From NCBI GenBank assembly GCA_002269645.1, contig NIVC01002012.1, positions 124,001 through 188,000 of the forward strand: a stretch of DNA of 64,000 nt. Direction: 5' to 3'. Source of the DNA: Macrostomum lignano (Eukaryota). The notes beneath the pieces are model-generated. The model was not told the DNA's origin, searched no databases, and saw only the letters and a program-made list of their open reading frames with translations. Each line of letters starts with the position of its first letter. Position 1 is the first letter of the stretch. Shown here piece after piece: positions 20,688 to 31,936 of this stretch. A program made the translations under genes and the position numbers.

Positions 20688-21341
20688 TATGCTCGTAATT
20701 CGGCCTACGGGTGTTGAACCGATGTCTATGGCTAAAAGACATTCCACCAGACACCGAATTGCATTAAAATTGCACCTAATTGCATCTAATTGCATTATTT
20801 CGTAGTATGGACTAGCTGGAATCTATGAAAGCATCGTTGAACGTGCTAGGCCTATTTAAACTGGAGTACAATAACGTGATGATACAATAGCATGTGACGA
20901 CATCACGGAGCATACAAGTTCTTAAAGCTTTGGCCTTTGGTGTGGCAGTTTGACTACTCTCTCTATCTCGCTTGTTGTTAGAAGTGCCTAAACTATCTCA
21001 CCGATTTGCACAAGATATCTTATCAAAAAGAAGAGCTGCATTCAAAAAATTGACGCTATATAGCTCACACTATGAATAGCTACGAGCGTATCTAGGGCTA
21101 AAAATCGTGAATCTTCGTTCTATCTGGTTTTTTTTCAACACAGCGAGTTTTATCTATTGTAGCTTTAGATAATAATATTCTTGTCTGGTTCAAATAAAAA
21201 GCTTTGCTGAATTTGCCTGCCATGGAGATACGAGCCACGAAAAATCATGGACCAGCGAATCTACGCTAGTAAAAGCGATAAAAAACGTACTTTTCATAAT
21301 TGAAGTAAACACCAGTGTAAGGAGCTCCTTGTCCAACAATA

Positions 21342-23406
21342 ATGACCGACGCATCGAGTAGGTGAGCAAGTTTCGATGAAGCTATAGGGAGCTCCTAAGC
21401 TATTAGGATTACTGTTAATCCTAATAAGGCTCGCTCACACCAAATGGGCATAAATCTACAAATGCTGTGTCTGACGGAAGATTACTATCTGCTTTCAAGT
21501 GACATACATTTAAGTGCATTAGAGATTGTTCAAACGACCAGTGTTGATCAGTGATGAGAATTACACTGTATCTAATGTATGTCGATGAAGTTTTTCAATT
21601 GTATTATTGAGTTTTATACTTTCTATTCTATTTTCCAGTCAAAGCAAAACTAAAAATCGAGGAAAGCACCGAATTCCGAAATCGAAACTATTCAAAGTTA
21701 CACGTTCAGAATCCATTAAGCCGGGCACCGCCATCGCATTCTCAAACGGCCTGGTTCGGCAGCACGCTCTGGTTCTCGGGCCGGACAAAGTCAAGGTGCA
21801 GAATGGCTACATCGAAGTTGAGCTGATGTACTTTCGACATCATCGTTTACCTTCCAGGCTTAAGCTCATACCTGTGAAGAAGCGGCTCAAGATTGACAAG
21901 ATTCGCCGAATCGAGTACGAGTCTGGATTGGACAGTGCAATCAGGTTGCAACCCTCAGCTGTAGCCCGAGCGCTCTCGCGTAAATACGAACAAGGCCACC
22001 ATATCCAATGGAACAACTCCAGGCACTTTGTCAGGTGGTGCTGCATCGAGCATCCCAGCAACCGGGAGCAGTGCCGAGTGCCAATCGATGATTTGAGACA
22101 GCTGATGGTTGACAAGGGATCCAGGACTGAAAATGAAGCCGCAGAGAATTTGTTCACCGGATGTCACATCGAGTTTCTTCGTCTCGTACCGCTGACAAGC
22201 GTCCGCCTCTACAGCCATCACGCGTATCTGCACGAGCTGAAGATCCTTCAAGACGGACTGGCCGAGGGCGCCATGTACGAGAAGGGAACCTTGCACCCAA
22301 AAGTGTGTGAAAAGACAGTTGATCTCAGCAATGCAACGATCAAGTTGGTAAAGTACTCCGGTTTCAAGAAGCTGACTCGAGAGCTGGGCGAGACGAGGCT
22401 CAAGCAGGTGGAAGGTCGAACGTTTCTTGACGTCAGAGACCGCACGAAGGCTGGCAGCAAAGTGAGAGACTCCGACTTCTGCTTCTGGTTCATGACGGGC
22501 GCTGATCTAGAATATTTGTTTGGCCGCAGGTTGAAGCAGCTGCAGAAGAACGTTAACGAGCTGGCCAAACTTAAAGTTTTGTACGAGCACTCTGACACTT
22601 TTGCCAGAATCGAGAGTGCAACTCTTGAAGAGTTGAGAGACGGGGGAAGCCAGCCTCTGGAACCGTTCAGCCACCTGATTGTCGAGACAAAAGAGACGCG
22701 ATGCCGCTGCAGTGAAAAGACTCAAGTGCGCCACTACGTATTTAAAAACTGGAACGAAAATTCCCGAGACAAGATGGAAGCCGTCACTTACACCGTTACC
22801 AAAGACGCGAGCTGTCTGCAGACAGAAGTTCAAGAAGTGAAATCCATCGTTAGAGTCACTGGACCGAACCAGGTAGTCAAGGTCGTTGACGACGAGCACC
22901 CAGAGTCAATGACTATAAAAAACAATTTCGAAGCTTTAGATGAAGACAAAAAATACAATTTACTCTGCGATAACTGCGAGCACTTCGTCAATCAATTGAA
23001 GTACGGAGAGAAGAGCAGCAAGCAAGTGGAATGCTGCTTGCCTGGAAGCAAAATGAGAATCTTTGGCGGTGCGATCTGGACCTTATTTAGAAGCGCGAGC
23101 TATTTCGCATCCTCGTTTCCGTTTGCATCGTACTGGCCGGAGGTTGGCTTTGGCATATTTGTCATCTTAGTGCTGATTGGGCAGCTGATTTATCTGCGTT
23201 GCTCAAGGCGTTGGAAATCGGTCTCAAGCGACGAACGCCTACAGCGCGTCGCTAACATCATTTTGCCGTCGTCGTTTGCTTTGGCCGCGATTGTTTTAGG
23301 CGCCATATTGACGGAGCTGACCGTTGTCAAAGATATGGTATGGTGGCGGAGACTACTCATCGTTGCTGGAATCGGGTTATTTTTCCTGTTGCTGGCAGCA
23401 CTCTGA
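21342..23406 (+). CDS. Triple LRAT/PLAAT (NlpC/P60-like) domain protein with C-terminal transmembrane segments, copy 1
   Basis: Exon 21342..21361 (MTDASS, AG|gtgagc) spliced in phase 2 to 21639..23406. Third domain YNLLCDNCEHFVNQLKYGEKSSKQV closely matches the PLAAT NCEHFV...RYG...S.QV motif. Hydrophobic C-terminus. A 1-bp difference from copy 2 near 23395 cuts off a tail that continues to 23564 in another frame. Confidence 0.8.
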
Positions 23407-24948
23407 CAAGAATTCCTTCTCTGTGCAGGTCGAGTCTCTGCTATGTTTGCTGTGAAAATCAAGCCAAAGAAAGTGACGAAAGAAGTCAAAATTATGCTAC
23501 AGACCTGGAAACAGGAGCTTATATAGCCTTAAGTGTCTCAAATGAACATAGCCAAAAACAATAAAAGGTGCATTTCAGCATCTTAAAAAACTCCCTGATT
23601 AATCAAGGTCCCTTTTTAATTGGCTCGTATTGTCCTGCGCATTGTGCTTATTTTAGAACGTAGTGTTTTTGTATTGAAACTTTTACGAGCGTATTAATCA
23701 AAACCAATTGTTTCTACACTTTAAGCGTTAGTTTTGATTTTCACAAAAGTGAAAGCTACTTAGTTACCAATTGTTCTTTTTCTACACAAGAAACATTTAC
23801 TCAATGCTTATTTACACTATAGTGTCTGTTTTGTACTTTAGATTTTCTCTACAGCTTTATTATAAGACCACGCTTGACAATTTTTACTTAGAGTTAGAGC
23901 TTTAGCTACACCTGCTTCGGTATGAATTATCGCAATGATCAACATGACTTACAGAATTACAGATGATTACAACAGATTATGAAACTTGATCGCTCTTTGT
24001 GTCAATTGTCTACTGAAAGCAAGCATATATAAATAAAGTAGCTGCATTGGAAGCTTGTTTTTAAAAGCGATCTTCTATTTGGTTCAATGGTAGCGATAAT
24101 AATATTTGCAGGTGGGCTGTGGGGTCACCCTGATGCAACGCCTTCGGCGAAATCACCCCGCAACCAGCGCTGAGGAAATTTTGCTCATTCCGTTGACTCT
24201 TGAGCAAACAGAAGCGCGCCAAAAACTACCAGGACTCAGTAAAACTTTGTGATTGCTTGTGATTTGAAACACGAATTATATGGCCTATTTTCTACTGTCT
24301 ATTAGCTAACCAAAGAAATGAGACTTTTTTCGTTATTTCAGTGTTGTGATTTCTTCCTTGATTTCAAAAGAAAAATTTGGGTGCATTGCAAAGAGTCCAG
24401 TAGAGTCCAGATTCACCATGGACGAAGAACTGAAATCACAGGGGCAGTTTTGTCATTTTGCTATCAATTTGGCTTATTTGCCAAGCATTAAACTCCAAAC
24501 CAGTTAAGTATGCTCTTTTCTAATTAGCTACGTCTTCCTGCTATGTATCACAATAGCTCGCAGTTAAAACCAAATTGATTTCTGTTGCCTATGGCTTCTA
24601 AGTAAAATAGGCGTACACTGTACTGTTGGCTGACGGCCACGCGCACCAATTTGAATGAAGAAAAAACAAAATTGGAATGGACAAATGTATAATATCTAAC
24701 CATTTTCACAATAACTCTACACTGATGTCATCCACCAATGTCATTATCGATTGAAATCAATCCAGAGGCAGCCGAGGCGAATGAAAAGACGACTGAGTCG
24801 CCTACGATGGAAAGAGCTGAATTTTTCTGGCAATGTGAATAACTTTCCCATTTGGACTGACTGTATAAAGGTTTTAACTTGAGCTTTGTTTCTAAGCTGC
24901 TTTGCACCACGATCGCAAGAAGAATATCGCTCAAAAAACAAAGCAATA

Positions 24949-26416
24949 ATGAATTTTACTGCTCTGATTCTCTGTTTTACTATAATAATTAATGTCTTTG
25001 GTAAGTGACATCAAGTTTGAGTCGAATATTTAATGCTTATGATTCAACCAGATCTATCACATGATCCACCTAGATCTGTTACATGATCCTCCTAGATGTG
25101 TCACATGATCCATTCTCATTTGTCACATGATCCATTCTCATTTGTCACATGATCCATTCTCATTTGTCACATGATCCACTCTCATCTGTCACATGATCCA
25201 TTCTCATTTGTCACATGATCCATTCTCATTTGTCACATGATCCATTCTCATTTGTCACATGATCCATTCTCATATGTCACATGATCCATTCTCATTTGTC
25301 ACATGATCCATTCTGATCTGTCACATGATCCATTCTCATTTGTCACATGATCCATTCTGATCTGTCACATGATCCATTCTCATCTGTCACATGATCCATT
25401 CTCATTTGTCACATGATCCACTCTCATCTGTCACATGATCCATTCTCATTTGTCACATGATCCATTCTCATTTGTCACATGATCCATTCTGATCTGTCAC
25501 ATGATAGACTCTCATCTGTCACATGATCCATTCTCATTTGTCACATGATCCATTCTCATCTGTCACATGATCCATTCTCATATGTCACATTATCCATTCT
25601 CATTTGTCACATGATCCATTCTGATCTGTCACATGATCCATTCTCATCTGTCACATGATCCATTCTCATTTGTCACATGATCCATTCTCATCTGTCACAT
25701 GATCCATTCTGATCTATCACATGATCCACTCTCATCTGTCACATGATCCATTCTCATCTGTCACATGATCCATTCTCATCTGTCACATGATCCATTCTGA
25801 TCTGTCACATGATCCACTCTCATCTGTCACATGATCCATTCTCATCTGTCACATGATCCATTCTCATCTGTCACATGATCCACTCTCATCTGTCACATGA
25901 TCCATTCTCATCTGTCACATGATCCATTCTCATCTGTCACATGATCCACTCTGATCTGTCACATGATCCATTCTCATATGTCACATTATCCATTCTCATC
26001 TGTCACATGATCCACTCTGATCTGTCACATGATCCATTCTCATATGTCACATTATCCATTCTTATCTGTCACATGATCCATTCTCAATCTGTCACATGAT
26101 CCACTCTCACCTCTCACATGATCCACTCTCATCTGTCACATGATCCACTCTCACCTCTCACATGATCCACTCTCATCTGTCACATCAAAAAATTGCAGGT
26201 TGTGCTAACGGCTATGTCTGGTTTGTCGGGTCGGAGCAAGACGTCCTGCTCAACTCCAGCATCAAAAGTGACGTCATAAACGTTACCGGAGTCGGCCGAC
26301 CCGCAGGGCCGCGTTGTACTGCGATTGCTGGCTGCTTCGTTCTGCCAGGGATTCAATTCGAAGCACTGTCGTCGGCAACTTTTAGAAGAGAGAACGCCGA
26401 GCAAAACAAACCCTGA
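24949..26416 (+). pseudogene. GRD family copy 2, internally deleted (signal exon + start of PAN exon fused to end of last exon)
   Basis: Signal exon 24949..25000 (MNFTALILCFTIIINVFG|gtaagt), exon 26199..26416. Junction at 26292..26294 (TCG microhomology) corresponds to 37356/39088 in copy 3. Confidence 0.8.
25048..26183. repeat. 22 bp minisatellite (TGTCACATGATCCATTCTCATY) in intron 1 of GRD copy 2
   Basis: Direct inspection; same family as 35657..37283. Confidence 0.95.
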
Positions 26417-27227
26417 TCATTGATAGTCAACTACTTTTCTTGCAGAAAGACAAACCTAATTGGAGCGTTCGGAGATTTTAAAACTATTGGCCCTAATTGC
26501 CTATCGCCGGTCGGCGAGTCCTACCAGTCCTTCTCCAATAGCCGCAGGTACAGTACAAGAAAAGAAAGAACACAGTGGAAGACAAACCGAATGGATTTAG
26601 AGAGTGATAATCCTAGTAAGAATGGCTAGTAAGTAGTTGACTGACGGTTTAATTTGATAAATTTAATAGTTACAAGATTCAATGCGATTCGCGGCGCAGA
26701 TGATTTGAACGAACGATAATAACGATACAACGATTAATAATAATTAATTACGCAATTGGCAAGCGGATCTCAGCTGAGGAAGAAGAGGAACCGAACACAG
26801 GACCACGGAGAAGACTCCTAACCCCTGGCCTAAACCAGAACCTACACTCAAACGAGAGCCCTGCCGAATTGACCGTTCAACGGAGCACTGACTAAGTTCT
26901 ATCAGCGCTGCCCTTCAGTGTGACACTGAGGCCCTCTGGGTCGAGGCCGCGTACTTGATCAGATCCGACAGTCTCTATCTAGACCGCGCTTGATAGCGAC
27001 GACTTCAGACAGAAATTTGCCGTAGACGTTACGCTACAAGACTGAAGCGGTCGGGCAGGGGCAAAACACGGACCGGGGTGACGAAATCAGGCCTGCGTCA
27101 AATGCGTCAAGCCATCAACGCAGACCAACACAATAGTCAGTAAGGCTTCTTTTTCCTGACGGGTTTCTACGCTCGTACGTGCAATTTGCTTGATTGAAAG
27201 ACTCATAGTGAAAAAAACATTCAAACG

Positions 27228-27396
27228 GGTCGCTTTCATAAGACCGAAATTTCACAACGCCGAAAATTCTGCATGCAATACAATCCTTATTGTATTAAGT
27301 TTTCTACGATGTGAAATTTCGGTCTTATGAAGTTTTGGTCTTGTGAAGTATGGTGTTTCGGCGTTGTGAAATTTCGGTCTTATGAACCCCCCCCCC
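27228..27396. mobile_element. Small MITE (possibly Mutator-like) with 9-10 bp target-site duplication
   Basis: Inverted repeat TTCATAAGACCGAAATTTCACAACGCCGAAA / TTTCGGCGTTGTGAAATTTCGGTCTTATGAA; flanking direct repeat CATTCAAACG at 27218 and 27396. Confidence 0.7.
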
Positions 27397-27824
27397 ATTC
27401 AAACGTGTGTTGTGTTTGAAATAATACATTGAAATATGCAGTTTTGCGGTAAAAAAAGCATAGACAGAGTTTCAATCAGCTTTCTGTGAATGATTTTCTT
27501 ATTTAAATGGCAAAAATTTAGTTAAAAATGCTTTTTTTCTCCCCGGGGTCCCCGGTCCAATTCCCCGGGGAGTATTCCCCGACAAGCTCCCCGGGGCCCC
27601 GGGGAGCACTCCCCGGGGTCGACATCCCTACTTTTTAGGCTTTCTAGGCCAAGGAATTCTAAATCTAGCATCAGATCAGTAGGATTTAGAATTCCTTGGC
27701 TAGGTTTATAAATCCTTGGCAGAACCACAGTATCTGTGGGCAAAACCAAGCTTGGGAATGACAGAGAGACTGGAAGGGAGAAAGACAAAAATGAGGTTAT
27801 TGTCTGATCAGTCGAAACTGCGAG

Positions 27825-27908
27825 AGGGAGACAGGGGGAGAGAAGGGGGACAGAGGAAGAAAGGGAGAAAGAGGGAGAGGGAGAGAGAAAGAGAGGGAGA
27901 GAGAGGGA

Positions 27909-27963
<55 letters not shown>

Positions 27964-28258
27964 AGAGAGGAAGAGAGGGAGAGAGGGAGAGAGGAAGAGA
28001 GGGAGAGAGAAAGAGAGGGAGAGGGAGAGAGAAAGAGAGAGAGAGGGAGAGAGGGAGAGAGGGAGAGAGGAAGAGAGGGAGAGAGGGAGAGAGGGAGAGA
28101 GGAAGAGAGGGAGAGAGAAAGAGAGGGAGAGAGGGAGAGAGGGAGAGATGAAGAGAGGGAGAGAGGGAGAGAGAGAGAGGGAGAGGGAGAGGGAGAGAGA
28201 AAGAGAGGGAGAGGGAGAGGGAGAGAGAAAGAGAGAGAGAGGGAGAGAGAGAGAGAAG
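27825..28258. repeat. GA-rich low-complexity tract
   Basis: GAGAGGGA/GAGAGGAA units. Confidence 0.95.
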
Positions 28259-30253
28259 AGGACGCCTCCAATCTCAGGCTTTGACACGGTAGAAAGGAGT
28301 GAAAAAAGTCAATTTTATTTGTAAGCGAGTGAAGTTTATTTGGCGAATTGCCGTCAAAACTTCAAGTATATAGAGGCGATATAGCCAGGGAGAGACGATC
28401 GATAACTGGGTGTGCTCAAGCACTTATAACAGTACGCATGGTCAGTACATTAAAACGAGTCTGAGACTATGAGAAAAGCGGAGGGGTGGCTAAAACTGCA
28501 CAAGTGGGCCTAAACGACCTTTAAGTGTAGAAAAAATTGTAAAAATAAATGGCAAAATAAATAAACAAGGTAAATTCAAAAATTATCAAATGCTCAGAGC
28601 AAAAAATGCAGGTGCACCGTACACAGTGTCAGAAAAATGAATAAAAAGCAGAGAAAAAATAACTCAAAATAAATCAAAATAAATCAAAATAAATCAAAAT
28701 AAAGCCAATGAAAATATCACAGAGGGGAAAAATAGCAGTAAAAGAGGCTTTGTACAGGCGTCAAAAAGGACCTAGTTTGCAGGATCGAGCCGACCATGAC
28801 AGAGCAGGGTGCGGAGGCTTCTCCCCTTGGTGTAGGCGGGCAGCACCGGGGTCTCACAGTGCCGTATCACCCTGTCCTTCACCTTGGCAGCCAGGGCGTC
28901 GGAGGTCGCACAGTGGGGCAGGATGAGCGGGATGGCCGGTTTGTGCAGTATGCCGGCAAGTTCGTTGGCGCCGTGTGGAACATGAGTCCTCAGGACCTCG
29001 ATGAACTTGGCCTCATGGCGCTGACGCCGCTCGTCAGCTCTGGGTCCTGTGCCATCGCGTGTCCAGATGCCGGTGAAGGCGAAGTCCGTCAGACTGTGGC
29101 CACCGCTGATGAAGTGGCGCGCCACCGGAGTGTCGCGAGCGTGCCGGATGTCGCCGATGTGCGCCAGCATGCGACCGCGGATGCTGTTGGCGGTCTCGCC
29201 GACGTAGACCGTGTGGTCGCACCGGCGGCAGAACACGGCATAGACGGCGTTGGTGGCGTTGCAGTCGATCCGCTGACTGATGATGAGCTGGACTGTCGTG
29301 GCTGCAGATCCGGGGCAGACGGAGGTGAACCTGGCGTGCGCCTGGCAGCACTTGCAGAGTCGGGCCGAGTTGCACGGCAGGAAGCCGAACTCCCACCGTC
29401 TGGTCGGGTAGAAGCCCAGCTCCGTCAGCACGTCGTAATTGATGGTGCGGAGGAAGCGCCGGCTGTAGCCTTGGTGCTGCACCAGATTCGACATCAGCCC
29501 GATGCACGCTGCGTCGAAGTCGGCCATCCGGGAGCACCGCCGGGCGTACCTGAGGAGCTGGGACTTCACCACGCCCCGGAAATTTCGCTTAGGATGGAAG
29601 GAGCCGCGGTGGATGAGGACTCGGCTGTCGGTGGGCTTGAAGTACACCCTGGTTGCCAGGATCTTGCTGTCGCCTTCGCGGTCCCAGAAGACGGTGGTGT
29701 CCAGGAAGTTCACCTCTGTGCTGCTGTAGCTCAGTTGAAGTCGGATGTTGGGGTCGAGGGCGTCCAGGTGTTGATGGAACTGGACCAGCTCCGCCTCTGT
29801 GCCACGCCACACTCCAAAGACGTCGTCGATGTAGCGGAGCCACAGGCTGGGCTTCTGCGGGCTGGTCTCCAGGCCTATCTGCTGCTCCAGGTAGCCCATG
29901 TAGATGTTGCTGTAGCTGGGCGCGAACGACTTCCCCATGGCAGTGCCTTTCACCTGCAGAAAGTACCTGCCGTCAAACTCGAAGTCGTTGCGCTCCAGGT
30001 TCAGCTTAAGCAGGCTGAGGAGGCTGGCGTCTGGGCGCCGGCTGTCCGGGTGCTCCCTAAACGCTCTTCGCACGCACTCAAGGCCAGCCTCCGTCGGGAT
30101 GTTGGTGTACAGGCTGGCGACGTCCATGATGAACAGGAAGGACACCTCGGACGCCGCACAGGCGATCCCGCGGAGGGCGGCCTGGAAGTGGTCAGCGTCC
30201 CTAATGAAGCTGGGCAGTTGGATGACGATCGGTTGCAGGAAGCTGTCGATGAA
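28259..30253 (-). mobile_element. Penelope-like retroelement (RT + Cys linker + GIY-YIG endonuclease), 5'-truncated
   Basis: Open frame 30253..28772: [48 protein letters not shown]...SQLLR, linker [17 protein letters not shown]...YVGET...R...H and E..FI. The left boundary is approximate (presumed 3' UTR 28259..28771). Confidence 0.92.
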
Positions 30254-31190
30254 GGGAGAGAGGGAGAGAGGAAGAGAGGGAGAGAGGGAGAGAGGGAGAG
30301 AGGAAGAGAGGGAGAGAGGAAGAGAGGGAGAGAGGAAGAGAGGGAGAGAGGAAGAGAGGAAGAGAGGAAGAGAGGGAGAGAGGGAGAGAGGAAGAGAGGG
30401 AGAGAGGGAGAGAGGGAGAGAGGAAGAGAGGGAGAGAGGGAGAGAGGAAGAGAGGGAGAGAGGAAGAGAGGGAGAGAGGGAGAGAGGGGAGAGGGAGAGA
30501 GGAAGAGAGGGAGAGAGGAAGAGAGGGAGAGAGGGAGAGAGGGAGAGAGGAAGAGAGGGAGAGAGGGAGAGAGGAAGAGAGGAAGAGAGGGAGAGAGGAA
30601 GAGAGGGAGAGAGGAAGAGAGGGAGAGAGGAAGAGAGGGAGAGAGGGAGAGAGGGAGAGAGAGGGAGAGAGGAAGAGAGGAAGAGAGGAAGAGAGGGAGA
30701 GAGGAAGAGAGGGAGAGAGGGAGAGAGGGAGAGAGGAAGAGAGGGAGAGAGGGAGAGAGGAAGAGAGGGAGAGAGGGAGAGAGGGAGAGAGGAAGAGAGG
30801 GAGAGAGGGAGAGAGGAAGAGAGGGAGAGAGGAAGAGAGGGAGAGAGGGAGAGAGGGAGAGAGGAAGAGAGGGAGAGAGGGAGAGAGGGAGAGAGGAAGA
30901 GAGGGAGAGAGGAGAGAGGGAGAGAGGGAGAGAGGAAGAGAGGGAGAGAGGAAGAGAGGGAGAGAGGGAGAGAGGGAGAGAGGGAGAGAGGAAGAGAGGG
31001 AGAGAGGGAGAGAGGGAGAGAGGGAGAGAGGAAGAGAGGAGAGAGGGAGAGAGGGAGAGAGGAAGAGAGGGAGAGAGGAAGAGAGGGAGAAAGGGAGAGA
31101 GGAAGAGAGGGAGAGAGGAAGAGAGGGAGAGAGGGAGAGAGGGAGAGAGGGAGAGAGGGAGAGAGGAAGAGAGGGAGAGAGGAAGATATC
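30253..31190. repeat. (GAGAGGGA/GAGAGGAA)n tract abutting the truncated 5' end of the Penelope element
   Basis: Direct inspection. Confidence 0.95.
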
Positions 31191-31936
31191 GGGAGGTAAA
31201 CAGAGGAGAAGACAGAGGGAGAAGGAGATGGAAAGAGTGAGAGGGGACAAGAAGAAATAAAAGGCTATATTTGTCGGTGCTGTAATTTGGAGAAATAGCG
31301 AGAGCAAACAAACGAGTTCTAGGACTTTCCAGACTCAAGCTGCTTCATTCTGAAGAGAGCTTTTTCTTTCAATCGAATGAAGTAGCTGCAGCTTAGTGTG
31401 AGAAAGCCAGTTTGCAGGTTTCTCGCGCCATACGAACTATTTTAACGAATGAGAACAATATATTTTTTCTACTGAACCTTGAGCCCTGCAAAAAGTAGAC
31501 ACTGAAATTTATAAGGCTAATAAGAGCCACAGGTGGTTGAGAAGGTCAGAGACATTTGACAATAGGACCAGTCTGGAGGTAAAAATTATAGACCATACTT
31601 TTTTTCGGAGAGAGTTTAATGTATCCAATGTACATTGGTGGTACGGGAGTTCCATACAGAAGAGACTATACGGTATGCCCCGCATCTCATATGCACTTAG
31701 TGTATGCTACGTAGCTCTGTCTTACTAAGTTGAACTTTTGATTTCCAAGTTTTTGTTGCAACTGTTTGAAGAATAGACTGTGCCTGCGAATAAAAAGCTT
31801 TGCTGAATTCGCCTGCCAAGAGATGCGAGCCACGGTAAACCACGAAACAGCGAGCGTAGGCTAGTAAAAGCAATAAAAAAGGTACTTTCCGTAGTTGAAG
31901 TAAACACCAGTGTAGGACTTCGTTGTCCACACAAGA

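Noticed and set aside
21401-21426. Perfect short palindrome TATTAGGATTA-CTGT-TAATCCTAATA
   Set aside because: Isolated intronic hairpin absent from the duplicate copy; no other support
21607-21638. Hydrophobic N-terminal 'signal anchor' in ORF-track LRAT proteins (also 32317..32369)
   Set aside because: It is the polypyrimidine tract and acceptor of intron 1; a 20-nt upstream exon supplies the start in both copies
24110-24180. Hairpin with CTGATG...GCCTTCGGCGAAA resembling a hammerhead
   Set aside because: Core reads CUGAUGCAAC rather than CUGANGA, and no stem III or NUH pairing can be built
27540-27630. CCCCGGGG palindromic cluster ending in CATCCCTA
   Set aside because: Might be one end of a hAT-like element, but no matching other end or TSD was found
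27522-31338. Long ORFs of S/L/P or E/R/G repeats (e.g. 28796..31240, 29937..31199, 30001..31338)
   Set aside because: Translations of GA microsatellite and of the antisense or alternative frames of the Penelope ORF
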